Of a DNA stretch of 64,000 bases, positions 19,515 through 28,163 are shown in pieces. The notes beneath the pieces are model-generated. The model saw nothing but the letters and a program-made list of their open reading frames with translations. It searched no databases and was not told where the DNA came from. This DNA is from an uncultured Pseudomonadota bacterium (lineage in GTDB: Bacteria > Pseudomonadota > Alphaproteobacteria > Rs-D84): assembly GCA_902790415.1 (NCBI GenBank), contig CADARU010000002.1, positions 62,974 through 126,973 on the forward strand, in the 5' to 3' direction. The first letter of the stretch is position 1, and each line of letters opens with the position of its first letter. Position numbers and translations under genes: made by a program.

Positions 19515-22472
19515 ATGGCAAAAGAAACAAAAAACAAAATTGTAAATGTTACAAATGCCTATGGTGATAAAAATACAACCGCACAAATATTGGTTCAAAA
19601 TAAAATTAAGTATACACCCAAAGTATCTGTTATTATCCCGGTATATAACACCGAATTATATTTACGCCAATGTATGGATTCTGTGGTAAACCAAACGTTG
19701 CACGAAATCGAAATTATTTGTGTTGATGATGGTTCAACAGATAAATCCTTGGAAATATTGCAAGAATATGCCGCGCACGATGAACGTATAACTATTTTAA
19801 CACAAAAGAATCTGCATGGCGGTGTCGCACGTAACGCGGGTATTGCGGTTGCGCGTGGTGAATACCTGTCTTTTTTAGACAGTGACGATTTTTTTGAACC
19901 GGATATGTTGGCGGAAATGTACACCCTGGCATCCAAACAAAATTTAGATATGTGCGTTTGTAACGCAGACGTGTATGACGAACCCACAAAAAAATTTCAA
20001 CAGGCGGGATATATTCTGCGGTATAATTATATTCCAAAAGATGCCCCTGTATTTAACAGAACGATTTTGCGTGAAAATATTTATAAATTCACTAATCCGG
20101 CGGTATGGACCAAGTTATATAAACGCGATTTTGTAACCAAGAATAAATTATATTTCCAAAACTTATACACATGTAACGATATTGGTATGGGGATGTCTGC
20201 GACATCATTGGCAAACAGAATATCTGTGGTAAACCAAGTATTTGTTCATTATCGTCGCGGTTCTAATGTTCAGGTTACCAAGAAACGTGGCAAAACCGCG
20301 ATAAATATTGTTCATGCGTATTACTATATTAAACATCATTTGACCATTGGAAAATTGGACGGGTTTATAAAAACATTGAATAACCAGATTGCCGAAAACA
20401 TCCGTTGGGAATTATCACGTTGTAATTCATCCGAAGCAAAAAGATTTAAAAAGCAAGCAAAAGAACTAATGCAAGACGATTACCAAATATTTAAATCTTG
20501 TTTCCACAAAGATAACTTTATTGTTCATTTTGTCAAACACATGCGTGAAATCATAAAATCTAAACGCGTAAAAAAAATGGGCATGTATGAAAAATTTTTA
20601 TATCACAACATTCGCAAAAACAGCGTATTACTGGTAGAAGCCAACAGTTTTCATGGCGAATGTTTACCCGGGATGGCAAAATACTTTTTAGATTTAGGTT
20701 ATAACGTTGATGTTATCATGAATCACAATGAATTCAGATTAAATCCTTTTTGTAATTTCAAAGATGCGCGGGTGCAATTATTTGGCATGGACGTTGAATC
20801 TATAAAACGAATTTTGGACAGTGATATTATTGAAAAATACGAACACCTATATTTCAATTCAGATAGAATCTTTGATGTCAACAAAAACGAATTAGTCAGT
20901 TATTATAACTATTTCGGCACAGATTTAAAATTACCCGAAGAAAAAGTTATTAACATGGTTCATACCATTGAAAAATATGACGAAAACAATTTTTCACACC
21001 CTGCATTTTTTGGTGTAACATTATCTGAATTACCAATAATCAAAGGTAAAGATTTACAAATTGTTAATACGCATTATTTTGGTGAATTTGCCAAACATAC
21101 AAAAAACGATAAATTGGTAAAATTTGTATGTGTTGGAAACATTGAAAGCAAACGTAAAAACCACTCGTTATTATTCGATGCGATTGACTATTTGTTATCC
21201 AAAGAAATAACAAATTTCAAAATCAATGTTATTGCGCGTGGCGGTAATTTATTAATTCCTGAAAAATACCAAAAGTTCATAGAATTCCTTGGCCGATTAG
21301 ATTACAAAGATATGTATGCCAACGTCAATGATTCAGATTTCTTTTTAACATTATTAGACCCGGAAAACCCGGACCACAACCGATATTTAACCAGTGGCAC
21401 CAGTGGCAGTTATCAACTAATCTATGGTTTTTCCAAACCATGCTTAATATGTGATAAATTTGCATGTAATATAAATATGATAGATAAAAATAACGCAATA
21501 CTGTATAAAAAGAATTCTGATTTGGGGCGTGCAATGCAACGCGCCATTGAAATGCCTACAAAAGAATATCAAGAAATACAAAACAACATACAATCTTTGG
21601 CGCAACAAATATATGACCAATCTTTGAAAAATCTTGGAAATTTATTAAAAACGGAAACATGCCAATTTGATAAAAACACATTTATCAGTTTGGGTGAAAA
21701 TTGTTTTGTTCGCACAATATTGGTCCGGCATCACACAAAATGCAAACGTTCCGAAGGTGAATTATCTTACCCGTTTGATTTAAAGGTTTGTTATATCAAA
21801 ACTGTGATAAAATTATTACAATCTGATTTCAGGGGGTATTTTGATGATTTATCATGGGACGATACGAAAAAGATATGGGTTAACAAGAAATTAAACATCA
21901 TGTACAATCATGACTTGGATTGTGATACCAAAGAAAAACTGATTTCGCGTTACACCACCAGAATCGAAAATATGCGCATGCTAAAAAATAAATCTGGTCT
22001 GGTTTTCGTGGCCAGTACGGTCAATCCAGATATTAGTATTGACGACATAAACCAACTTTATACCGTTCTTAAATCGACATATCGGGATATAAAATTTGTG
22101 TTTATAAATATTTCTAAATCAGAATTGAAAGACATCAAGAATTTAAATTCTGAAATATTCTATAAACATATTCCAAACCCATATCCAAATTATTGGGGTG
22201 AATGGTACAAGGAAGAATTTTATAACTCGAAATCTGGGGTTGAATTTGAATGTGCCTGCAACGAATTTGTCCGCACATCCGCAAAAACAACCACAGAAAA
22301 CGGCCATCCGTACAACGAACCAGGCAAAAAAAATACCGAACCACACCAGGCGAGATTATTTTGGTGGAAAATTGGTAAAACACTTAAATATTTGTGGGAA
22401 TGTCCGATACGTATTTATGATAAATACACCAGGGTAACCAACAAAATAAAACAAATTAAAAATGGCAAATAA
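19515..22472 (+). CDS. multidomain glycosyltransferase (GT2 + GT-B-like + DUF1796-like C-terminal region)
   Basis: N-terminal GT-A/GT2 signature VSVIIPVYNTELYLRQCMDSVVNQT..IICVDDGSTD and DxD LDSDD. The central region resembles a GT-B C-domain. The C-terminal ISLGENCFVRT...LSYPFDL resembles DUF1796. Confidence 0.7.
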   Translation: MAKETKNKIVNVTNAYGDKNTTAQILVQNKIKYTPKVSVIIPVYNTELYLRQCMDSVVNQTLHEIEIICVDDGSTDKSLEILQEYAAHDERITILTQKNLHGGVARNAGIAVARGEYLSFLDSDDFFEPDMLAEMYTLASKQNLDMCVCNADVYDEPTKKFQQAGYILRYNYIPKDAPVFNRTILRENIYKFTNPAVWTKLYKRDFVTKNKLYFQNLYTCNDIGMGMSATSLANRISVVNQVFVHYRRGSNVQVTKKRGKTAINIVHAYYYIKHHLTIGKLDGFIKTLNNQIAENIRWELSRCNSSEAKRFKKQAKELMQDDYQIFKSCFHKDNFIVHFVKHMREIIKSKRVKKMGMYEKFLYHNIRKNSVLLVEANSFHGECLPGMAKYFLDLGYNVDVIMNHNEFRLNPFCNFKDARVQLFGMDVESIKRILDSDIIEKYEHLYFNSDRIFDVNKNELVSYYNYFGTDLKLPEEKVINMVHTIEKYDENNFSHPAFFGVTLSELPIIKGKDLQIVNTHYFGEFAKHTKNDKLVKFVCVGNIESKRKNHSLLFDAIDYLLSKEITNFKINVIARGGNLLIPEKYQKFIEFLGRLDYKDMYANVNDSDFFLTLLDPENPDHNRYLTSGTSGSYQLIYGFSKPCLICDKFACNINMIDKNNAILYKKNSDLGRAMQRAIEMPTKEYQEIQNNIQSLAQQIYDQSLKNLGNLLKTETCQFDKNTFISLGENCFVRTILVRHHTKCKRSEGELSYPFDLKVCYIKTVIKLLQSDFRGYFDDLSWDDTKKIWVNKKLNIMYNHDLDCDTKEKLISRYTTRIENMRMLKNKSGLVFVASTVNPDISIDDINQLYTVLKSTYRDIKFVFINISKSELKDIKNLNSEIFYKHIPNPYPNYWGEWYKEEFYNSKSGVEFECACNEFVRTSAKTTTENGHPYNEPGKKNTEPHQARLFWWKIGKTLKYLWECPIRIYDKYTRVTNKIKQIKNGK

Positions 22473-25321
22473 TGGGGGATATTATGGCAAACACACTAAA
22501 ATCAATCAAACAAACAACCGAATTGATAGTATCCCTGACATCGTACCCGGCACGTATTGGTACAATTAATCAAACAATAGAAAGTTTATTAAATCAAACA
22601 AAACCCGCCGACAAGGTTATTTTATGGTTGGCCCCCGAACAATTTCCAAATCGTGAAAAAGATTTACCAAAACAACTATTAGATTTAACAAAAAGTGGTC
22701 TGACCATTGATTGGTATCACGATATTCGTTCTTATAAAAAACTAATTCCAACGTTACGTAAATATCCTGATGCAATTATTGTAACCGCAGATGACGATAA
22801 CATATATTCACCAACATGGCTTGAAAAACTCTATAACAGTTATAAAAAATACCCAAATGATATTCAGGCCCATCGTGTTACCAAATTTTATCATGATAAA
22901 TATGGGTGGCATACAATTGCGGGCGGTAAAGAATATTGGCCAGGGGCAAGTTATTTGAATAAACTGGTTGGTCTTGGTGGTGTATTGTATCCCCCACATT
23001 GTTTTTATCAAGATATTTTGAACGAAGATTTAATAAAAGAATTGGCGCCAACAAATGACGACCAATGGTTCTGGTTACAAGCGGCGATGAATAATGTGCG
23101 TGTTCGGGTTGTTGAAAATCCCGAAATTGAAGCCAACTATGTTCCTGGCACCCAAGAAACCGGTTTAACAAAAATTAACGATCATGGTCAAAATCTGTTT
23201 TGGCGCGATTTTAAAAAACTGATGAACTATTATCCAAAGGCGCAAGAAATTTTACTGACCGAGGCAAAACAACATAAAATAAATAGACCTTTTGTCGTAC
23301 CATATAAAAAAGAATTGGAACAATGGTATACAAAATTATTTGGTCCAATCGATTTAGAACACCCAAAAACATTTAACGAAAAAATACAGTGGTCAAAAAT
23401 ATATGATTCTACACCAATAAAAACGCGATTGGCGGATAAATATCTGGTTCGTGATTGGGTCGCTGAAAAAATAGGAAAACAATATTTGATACCATTATTG
23501 GGTGTTTATAATTCTTTTGAAGAAATTGATTTTGATAAATTGCCAAAGCAATTTGTTATCAAATGTAATCACGGTTGTGGTTATAATATTATCGTCAAAG
23601 ATAAATCTAAGTTAGATTTGGCATATGTAAAGGAAAAACTTGATTATTGGATGCGACAGAATTTCGCCTTCAAGTTTGGCACAGAACTGCAATATCGTGA
23701 CATAGAACCCAAGATTGTTATTGAAAAATATATAGAAAATACAAAATCACGTGATGGTGATTTATATGATTATAAATTCTGGTGCTTTAATGGCAAAGTA
23801 AAATACATTCAATTTTTATCAGAAAGAAATACGAACGGCTTAAAAATGGCCTTTTATGACAAAAAATGGCGCAAACAACACTTTGTATACAGCCATCCAC
23901 TAGACCAAAAAAACATAGAAAAACCGTCAAATTTGAAAGAAATGATTAAATTAGCCGAAAAACTATCTGCCGGATTTAATCATGTTCGTGTTGATTTTTA
24001 TCGTTTGGATAATGGCCAAATATACTTTGGCGAAATGACGTTTACATCTGCATCAGGTATGTGTAAATGGAACGATGAAAATATTAATCAGTATTTTGGC
24101 GATTTGTTTAAATTACCAAAAATGGCCTATAACATAAATAATGGCGCATATTATAAGGTACCAAAGCACAGAATTATTAAGCCATACCTACTGTTTCCAT
24201 ATTATTTATTGGCAAATATATGGTTACGTAATATTTCATTACCGTTGGCAAAGTTTAAAAAACACATTAAGCAGGTCATGTATTCACACAGCCGCCGTGG
24301 TCAAATAGATAAATTAAATGCAAAAATAGATAACATTGCACAATCAGTGTTAAATATTAGCACACGCACAGATTCTGTTATTCAAGACGTTGAAAAAATT
24401 GGTGTTTTTTATACTTACGACAATCAAACCAACTGGGCAATTTCGCATAAAATGACAGAAATTACTAATGTTCCGGATTTTGAATCTCGGTTTATGAAAT
24501 TGATAACTGGCCTGCCGTTTGAAAGTAAAGTTACAATAACAAATATTATTGCCAGATTACAGATGATTAAAGATGGCAAACATCATGATTTGTTTAACAA
24601 TCAAGAAAAACTGTTATTAAAACAAGTGTCTGATTTTGAGAATTCTATATTGAAAATATCTGATAACAAGTTTTGGTGTAACGATTATTTATTGCCAATA
24701 AATCATTTCGAACCCAGTGTATTCTTTTATAAACATGGTTTGGATAAATTAGACAATATAAAATATTTTCAATCCAAGGCAATATTAGATGTCGGTGCGT
24801 TTATTGGCGATAGTGCGCTAATTTTATCACCGTTAACTAAAAATAAAGTTTATTGTTTTGAAGGGTGTCAAAAAAATTATGATTATTTGAACCAAACAAT
24901 ACAAATGAATAACTTGAAAAATATTGTCCCGGTAAAATCGGCACTTGGCGATTATAACGGAGAAATAGAATTATTCTACTATGGTGGCGCAACATCTGTT
25001 GATAAAAACATGGTAAAAAAATCAACAAAATCCGAAAAAACTCAAATTATGCGTCTGGACGATTATGTTCGCGAACACAGAATAAACGTTGGTTTGATTA
25101 AGGTTGATATCGAAGGTGCCGAACAATCTTTCTTGCGTGGCGCACGTAAAACAATCGAAAAATACAAACCAACGTTGTTAATTTCAATTTATCATAATGT
25201 GGACGATTTTTTGGACATAAAACCAATGATAGAAAGTTGGAATCTGGGATACAAATTTAAAGTATTCAAACCGACAATCGGTTCTGTTTCTGCGGAAACA
25301 TTGTTGATATGTGAACAATAA
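22472..25321 (+). CDS. multidomain glycan-modifying enzyme (GT-A-like + TupA-like ATP-grasp + FkbM methyltransferase)
   Basis: aa 20-260: SLTSYPARI...VTADDDNIY, glycosyltransferase-like. aa ~285-545: PKTFNEKIQWSKIYD...IKCNHGCGYNIIVKDKS, TupA-like ATP-grasp pattern. aa ~740-949: DVGAFIGDSAL...IKVDIEGAEQSFLRGA, FkbM family. The ATG at 22484 with GGGGGA Shine-Dalgarno is the likelier start. Confidence 0.7.
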   Translation: MGDIMANTLKSIKQTTELIVSLTSYPARIGTINQTIESLLNQTKPADKVILWLAPEQFPNREKDLPKQLLDLTKSGLTIDWYHDIRSYKKLIPTLRKYPDAIIVTADDDNIYSPTWLEKLYNSYKKYPNDIQAHRVTKFYHDKYGWHTIAGGKEYWPGASYLNKLVGLGGVLYPPHCFYQDILNEDLIKELAPTNDDQWFWLQAAMNNVRVRVVENPEIEANYVPGTQETGLTKINDHGQNLFWRDFKKLMNYYPKAQEILLTEAKQHKINRPFVVPYKKELEQWYTKLFGPIDLEHPKTFNEKIQWSKIYDSTPIKTRLADKYLVRDWVAEKIGKQYLIPLLGVYNSFEEIDFDKLPKQFVIKCNHGCGYNIIVKDKSKLDLAYVKEKLDYWMRQNFAFKFGTELQYRDIEPKIVIEKYIENTKSRDGDLYDYKFWCFNGKVKYIQFLSERNTNGLKMAFYDKKWRKQHFVYSHPLDQKNIEKPSNLKEMIKLAEKLSAGFNHVRVDFYRLDNGQIYFGEMTFTSASGMCKWNDENINQYFGDLFKLPKMAYNINNGAYYKVPKHRIIKPYLLFPYYLLANIWLRNISLPLAKFKKHIKQVMYSHSRRGQIDKLNAKIDNIAQSVLNISTRTDSVIQDVEKIGVFYTYDNQTNWAISHKMTEITNVPDFESRFMKLITGLPFESKVTITNIIARLQMIKDGKHHDLFNNQEKLLLKQVSDFENSILKISDNKFWCNDYLLPINHFEPSVFFYKHGLDKLDNIKYFQSKAILDVGAFIGDSALILSPLTKNKVYCFEGCQKNYDYLNQTIQMNNLKNIVPVKSALGDYNGEIELFYYGGATSVDKNMVKKSTKSEKTQIMRLDDYVREHRINVGLIKVDIEGAEQSFLRGARKTIEKYKPTLLISIYHNVDDFLDIKPMIESWNLGYKFKVFKPTIGSVSAETLLICEQ

Positions 25322-25322
25322 T

Positions 25323-25348
25323 AAAATCCCCTATTCAGGGGATTTTTT
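25323..25348. terminator. intrinsic terminator between convergent genes
   Basis: AATCCCCT-ATTC-AGGGGATT followed by T6. Confidence 0.75.
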
Positions 25349-26192
25349 ATGATGCACTGTTTGCATAGATAAAGTCAAAATAACGTACTGTACCGGTTGC
25401 GGTATAATCTATTGTTACAACATCACCTTTTGCAACAGGTATCCATGGTGTAACCCAATTTCCAACCGAAATCGCGAACATCATTGAACGCATATTATGC
25501 GCAGATGTATTTATTAAAGATGCATATTGTCCCGCCGCGGTTGCAGATATACCCAAACTTAAATACCCATCTGCTGGTGCGGTATATTGTGTACCACTGG
25601 CACCTAAATTTAATGCGATAAATGAACTTGATGGCATTGCCAGATGTGATATTTCTGCTTTGCCGGTTGCACTAAAATTGCTGGCATTTTTTAAATCGTT
25701 TATATCTGTGTTGATACTATCAATATCACCCAATGCATTTATTTTGGTGGTAACTTCATCTATTTCATCATGTATTGCGGCAATCCGCGCCAATAAATCT
25801 GTTGTTGATTCTTTATCAGCAATGTCGGCATATTGCGCACTTAGCACCCCCAAATTGTCTTTCATATCTTTTAGAACTTCCATCATATAGTTCATATCTT
25901 GATTTAATGTCGTTGGTTCTATTTTAACCATTGGTTGATAATCTGTGATGCGTGCTGGCGGTAAATTGCGCGCAATAGTGATAGTGTCTGATACGGTTGG
26001 TGCGGTTTCAAAAACAACCTTGCCCCCAGAATACGGAATATCTGCATTTTCACCCGCGGACGTTCCAACGATTGTATATCCGGTTGCGGCATCCGTATTT
26101 TTGGTAACAACAATATCTGTATTTTGAAAATACGGAAAATTGAACATAAATTCTGTTGTTGTCCCGTCCCCCATATAAGAAACTCTTGGCAT
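25347..26192 (-). CDS. phage tail-fibre-like protein (T7 gp17-type N-terminal domain)
   Basis: Start MPRVSY at 26192 with AAGGAG Shine-Dalgarno. YMGDGTTTEFMFNFPY..DIVVT....ITIARNLPPARITDY....LNQDMNYMMEVL follows the T7 tail-fibre N-domain pattern (Y.LDGS...F.IPFEY...VVVT...I.L.R.T....VDF....LN). Then a coiled-coil and a C-terminal beta-rich domain. Confidence 0.55.
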   Translation of the reverse strand: MPRVSYMGDGTTTEFMFNFPYFQNTDIVVTKNTDAATGYTIVGTSAGENADIPYSGGKVVFETAPTVSDTITIARNLPPARITDYQPMVKIEPTTLNQDMNYMMEVLKDMKDNLGVLSAQYADIADKESTTDLLARIAAIHDEIDEVTTKINALGDIDSINTDINDLKNASNFSATGKAEISHLAMPSSSFIALNLGASGTQYTAPADGYLSLGISATAAGQYASLINTSAHNMRSMMFAISVGNWVTPWIPVAKGDVVTIDYTATGTVRYFDFIYANSAS

Positions 26193-26213
26193 TTTTACTC
26201 CTTTTGTTATAAC

Positions 26214-26240
26214 AAAAAAAGCCCCTGCAATCGCAGGGGC
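26214..26240 (-). terminator. intrinsic terminator inside the 5' leader of the tail-fibre-like gene
   Basis: GCCCCTGC-GATT-GCAGGGGC followed by T7 on the minus strand. It ends 22 nt before the tail-fibre start codon. Confidence 0.7.
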
Positions 26241-26284
26241 ACAAAAAAAACGGCGACAAAAAGTCATCCGCTTTGGTTATGTGT

Positions 26285-26313
26285 ATTATATCACAAACCG
26301 CATAAAAAAACAA
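26285..26313 (-). promoter_or_regulatory. sigma70-like promoter (TTGTTT-17-TGATATAAT)
   Basis: On the minus strand: -35 TTGTTT (26313-26308), a 17-nt spacer, and an extended -10 TGnTATAAT (-10 at 26290-26285). Confidence 0.5.
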
Positions 26314-26407
26314 CAACAAAATCAGACATGATACATTAACGCATTTCTTATGTTGTAAATTTGTTAAGTTGCTCGAACTGCGCTTCGCTTGTTCTCAACT
26401 GCTATTT

Positions 26408-26486
26408 TGTCGGACCCTGGGGTCCTTATCTTTCGCGACTATACCAAAATTAAAACCGGGTCATACCCGGTTTAAATTTTGGTAGC
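26408..26486 (-). repeat. 79-nt repeat copy A (conserved box + terminator + tRNA-like ACCA end)
   Basis: TGTCGGACCCTGGGGTCCTTATCTTTCGCGACTATACCAAAAT..hairpin..TTTTGGTAGC. It parallels copy B at 26671-26749. The two hairpins differ in sequence but both fold. Confidence 0.7.
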
Positions 26487-26574
26487 CGCACAAGGGATTG
26501 CTTCGCCACCTTGCAAAATTTGCCTGACGGCAAACCGGCGTTATTCCGCCTTTTTGCTGCGGTTCGGACCCCTG
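26480..26574 (-). pseudogene. tRNA(CAT) 3'-half pseudo-copy interrupted in the T-loop by a ~63-nt hairpin-rich insert
   Basis: The minus strand reads CAGGGGTCCGAA (12/12 match to the neighbouring tRNA), then the insert CCGCAGCAAAAAGGCGGAATAACGCCGGTTTGCCGTCAGGCAAATTTTGCAAGGTGGCGAAGC, then AATCCCTTGTGCGGCTACCA, followed by a terminator. A further fragment, CGAATCCTTCGCCGCA, is at 26588-26603. Confidence 0.6.
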
Positions 26575-26670
26575 TGCCGGTGTCCAATGCGGCGAAGGAT
26601 TCGCTCGGCATAAATGCCTACGCGGCAACCGTAACGATTTCACTGCGTTATACTTGTGAAATCTACTTGT

Positions 26671-26749
26671 TGTCGGACCAGGGTCCTCATCTTTCGCGAC
26701 TAAACCAAAATAAAAAACGACCACAAGGGTCGTTTGTTATTTTGGTAGC
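26671..26749 (-). repeat. 79-nt repeat copy B (overlaps the terminator and 3' end of the tRNA gene)
   Basis: See copy A. The hairpin is ACGACC-ACAAG-GGTCGT with a T run on the minus strand, immediately 3' of the tRNA ACCA. Confidence 0.7.
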
Positions 26750-26817
26750 GGCGAAGGGATTCGGACCCCTGACCAAAGGATTATGATTCCTCTGCTCTAC
26801 CACTGAGCTACGCCGCC
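26743..26817 (-). tRNA. tRNA with CAT anticodon (elongator Met, or Ile2 if lysidinylated)
   Basis: RC is GGCGGCG-TA-GCTC-AGTGGTA-GAGC-A-GAGGA-ATCATAA-TCCTT-TGGTC-AGGGG-TCCGAAT-CCCTT-CGCCGCT-A-CCA. All stems pair; positions 1:72 form a G:U pair. Confidence 0.88.
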
Positions 26818-26920
26818 AATGCGTCAAATTATAACAAACATTTTTCAAAATGCAAGAATTTCTGCTAGGTTACTTCGCCCTATTGAAAAACCCCATAAAA
26901 AGGTGTATAATACACACCTG

Positions 26921-27484
26921 ATGAAAAGAATTATTGCGATTTTTCTTGGGGTTTTCTTATGCGGCACATCTTTTGCCGCATCAACGTCAAACCCATTTAC
27001 ACGCGATTTTAAAAACCAAATTTCTTTTAATCTTGGCCAAGGTATCGACAGTGGTATTATCGTACCATTACCTTTGCGTCCGGTTCCGTTTTATTTGTTG
27101 CACCTGCAATATTCACAGCCGACAACATTTTTCACATTACCTGCACGTCAATCATTAAACGTTGGTCAAACAATCGGATTGGGGCCAAAGTATGGATGGG
27201 ACTGGGACGAATACACAATTCCTATGGTCTTTTTATCACAAGATGTCGCCCTATCCTATTATAAAAACATATATGTTGCGGCGGGATTTGGTGTCGGCCT
27301 GCAGGCACAACAAAATGAACGCCTGGGGGCGAAATTATTATTCCAATTCAAATTAACAGGTGGTTATCATATAAACGATAAATGGGCCATAGAAATATTT
27401 ATGCAACATTTTTCAAATGCAAACACCGCGCCCGAAAATTATTCCTATGCGTTTTATGGTGCCGGCGTAACGTATAACTTTTAA
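26921..27484 (+). CDS. outer-membrane lipid A deacylase-like protein (PagL/acyloxyacyl hydrolase family)
   Basis: Start at MKRIIAIFLGVFLCGTSFA (signal peptide). Alternating beta-strand pattern. C-terminal HFSNANTAPENYSYAFYGAGVTYNF resembles the PagL His-Ser catalytic region and the terminal aromatic residue of an OMP. Confidence 0.5.
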   Translation: MKRIIAIFLGVFLCGTSFAASTSNPFTRDFKNQISFNLGQGIDSGIIVPLPLRPVPFYLLHLQYSQPTTFFTLPARQSLNVGQTIGLGPKYGWDWDEYTIPMVFLSQDVALSYYKNIYVAAGFGVGLQAQQNERLGAKLLFQFKLTGGYHINDKWAIEIFMQHFSNANTAPENYSYAFYGAGVTYNF

Positions 27485-27488
27485 ACCG

Positions 27489-28163
27489 TTACCAATTAAT
27501 GGGTTTACCGCCATGCGCGGCCAAATATTCATTTGCACGTGAAAAATGCTTGCAACCGAAAAACCCCCTGTACGCAGACAACGGCGAAGGATGCACACTT
27601 TTCAACACCAGGTTTTTATTTTCATCAACAATGGATGCCTTGCGTTGGGCATAACTGCCCCAGAGCATATAAACAACCCCTTCGCGGCGTGTGGCCAATG
27701 CGCGTATAACCGCATCGGTAAATTCTTCCCATCCGCGCCCCACATGTGATGCCGCCAAATGTGCCGCCACCGTAAGTGTAGAATTCAACAACAACACACC
27801 CTGGCGCGCCCATGCGGTTAAATCACCATGTGTTGCACTGGGGCGACCCAAATCAGATTCTATTTCTTTATAAATATTAACCAACGATGGTGGGGGTGTT
27901 ATGCCATCTGGCACAGAAAAACATAAACCATGTGCCTGGCCCGGTTCGTGGTACGGGTCTTGACCAATAATAACGACACGCACATCATCAAAAGGGCACA
28001 AATTAAATGCATTGAAAATGTTTTTAGGTGCCGGATATATTTTTTTACCAGACAAATATTGGGCGCGAACAAAGTCGGTCAATTTGATAAAATAATCTTT
28101 ATCAAATTCATCGCCCAACACGCGCTTCCAAGATTCTTCGATTTTCACATCCATACCCACCAC
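27489..28163 (-). CDS. ung: uracil-DNA glycosylase (family 1)
   Basis: GQDPYHEPGQAHGLCFSV and HPSPLSA motifs. Confidence 0.93.
   Translation of the reverse strand: MVGMDVKIEESWKRVLGDEFDKDYFIKLTDFVRAQYLSGKKIYPAPKNIFNAFNLCPFDDVRVVIIGQDPYHEPGQAHGLCFSVPDGITPPPSLVNIYKEIESDLGRPSATHGDLTAWARQGVLLLNSTLTVAAHLAASHVGRGWEEFTDAVIRALATRREGVVYMLWGSYAQRKASIVDENKNLVLKSVHPSPLSAYRGFFGCKHFSRANEYLAAHGGKPINW

Noticed and set aside
26340-26701. Possible tmRNA (one-piece or permuted two-piece ssrA). The region has a tRNA-like ACCA end, a GGTCCGACA element reminiscent of the tmRNA GGAUUCGAC, and a short frame after AAAAUA reading GCA GTT GAG AAC AAG CGA AGC GCA GTT CGA GCA ACT TAA.
   Set aside because: The acceptor pairing would give U3:G70 rather than the G3:U70 alanine identity pair. 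The putative tag (AVENKRSAVRAT) lacks the hydrophobic ..LAA/..VAA-type ending. I could not identify pseudoknots. The fragments match the neighbouring tRNA(CAT) rather than tRNA-Ala.
26819-26920. Upstream extension of the PagL-like ORF (the track start at 26819 overlaps the tRNA gene).
   Set aside because: The extension overlaps the tRNA(CAT) gene end and encodes no signal peptide. The ATG at 26921 gives a canonical signal sequence, so the shorter gene was annotated.
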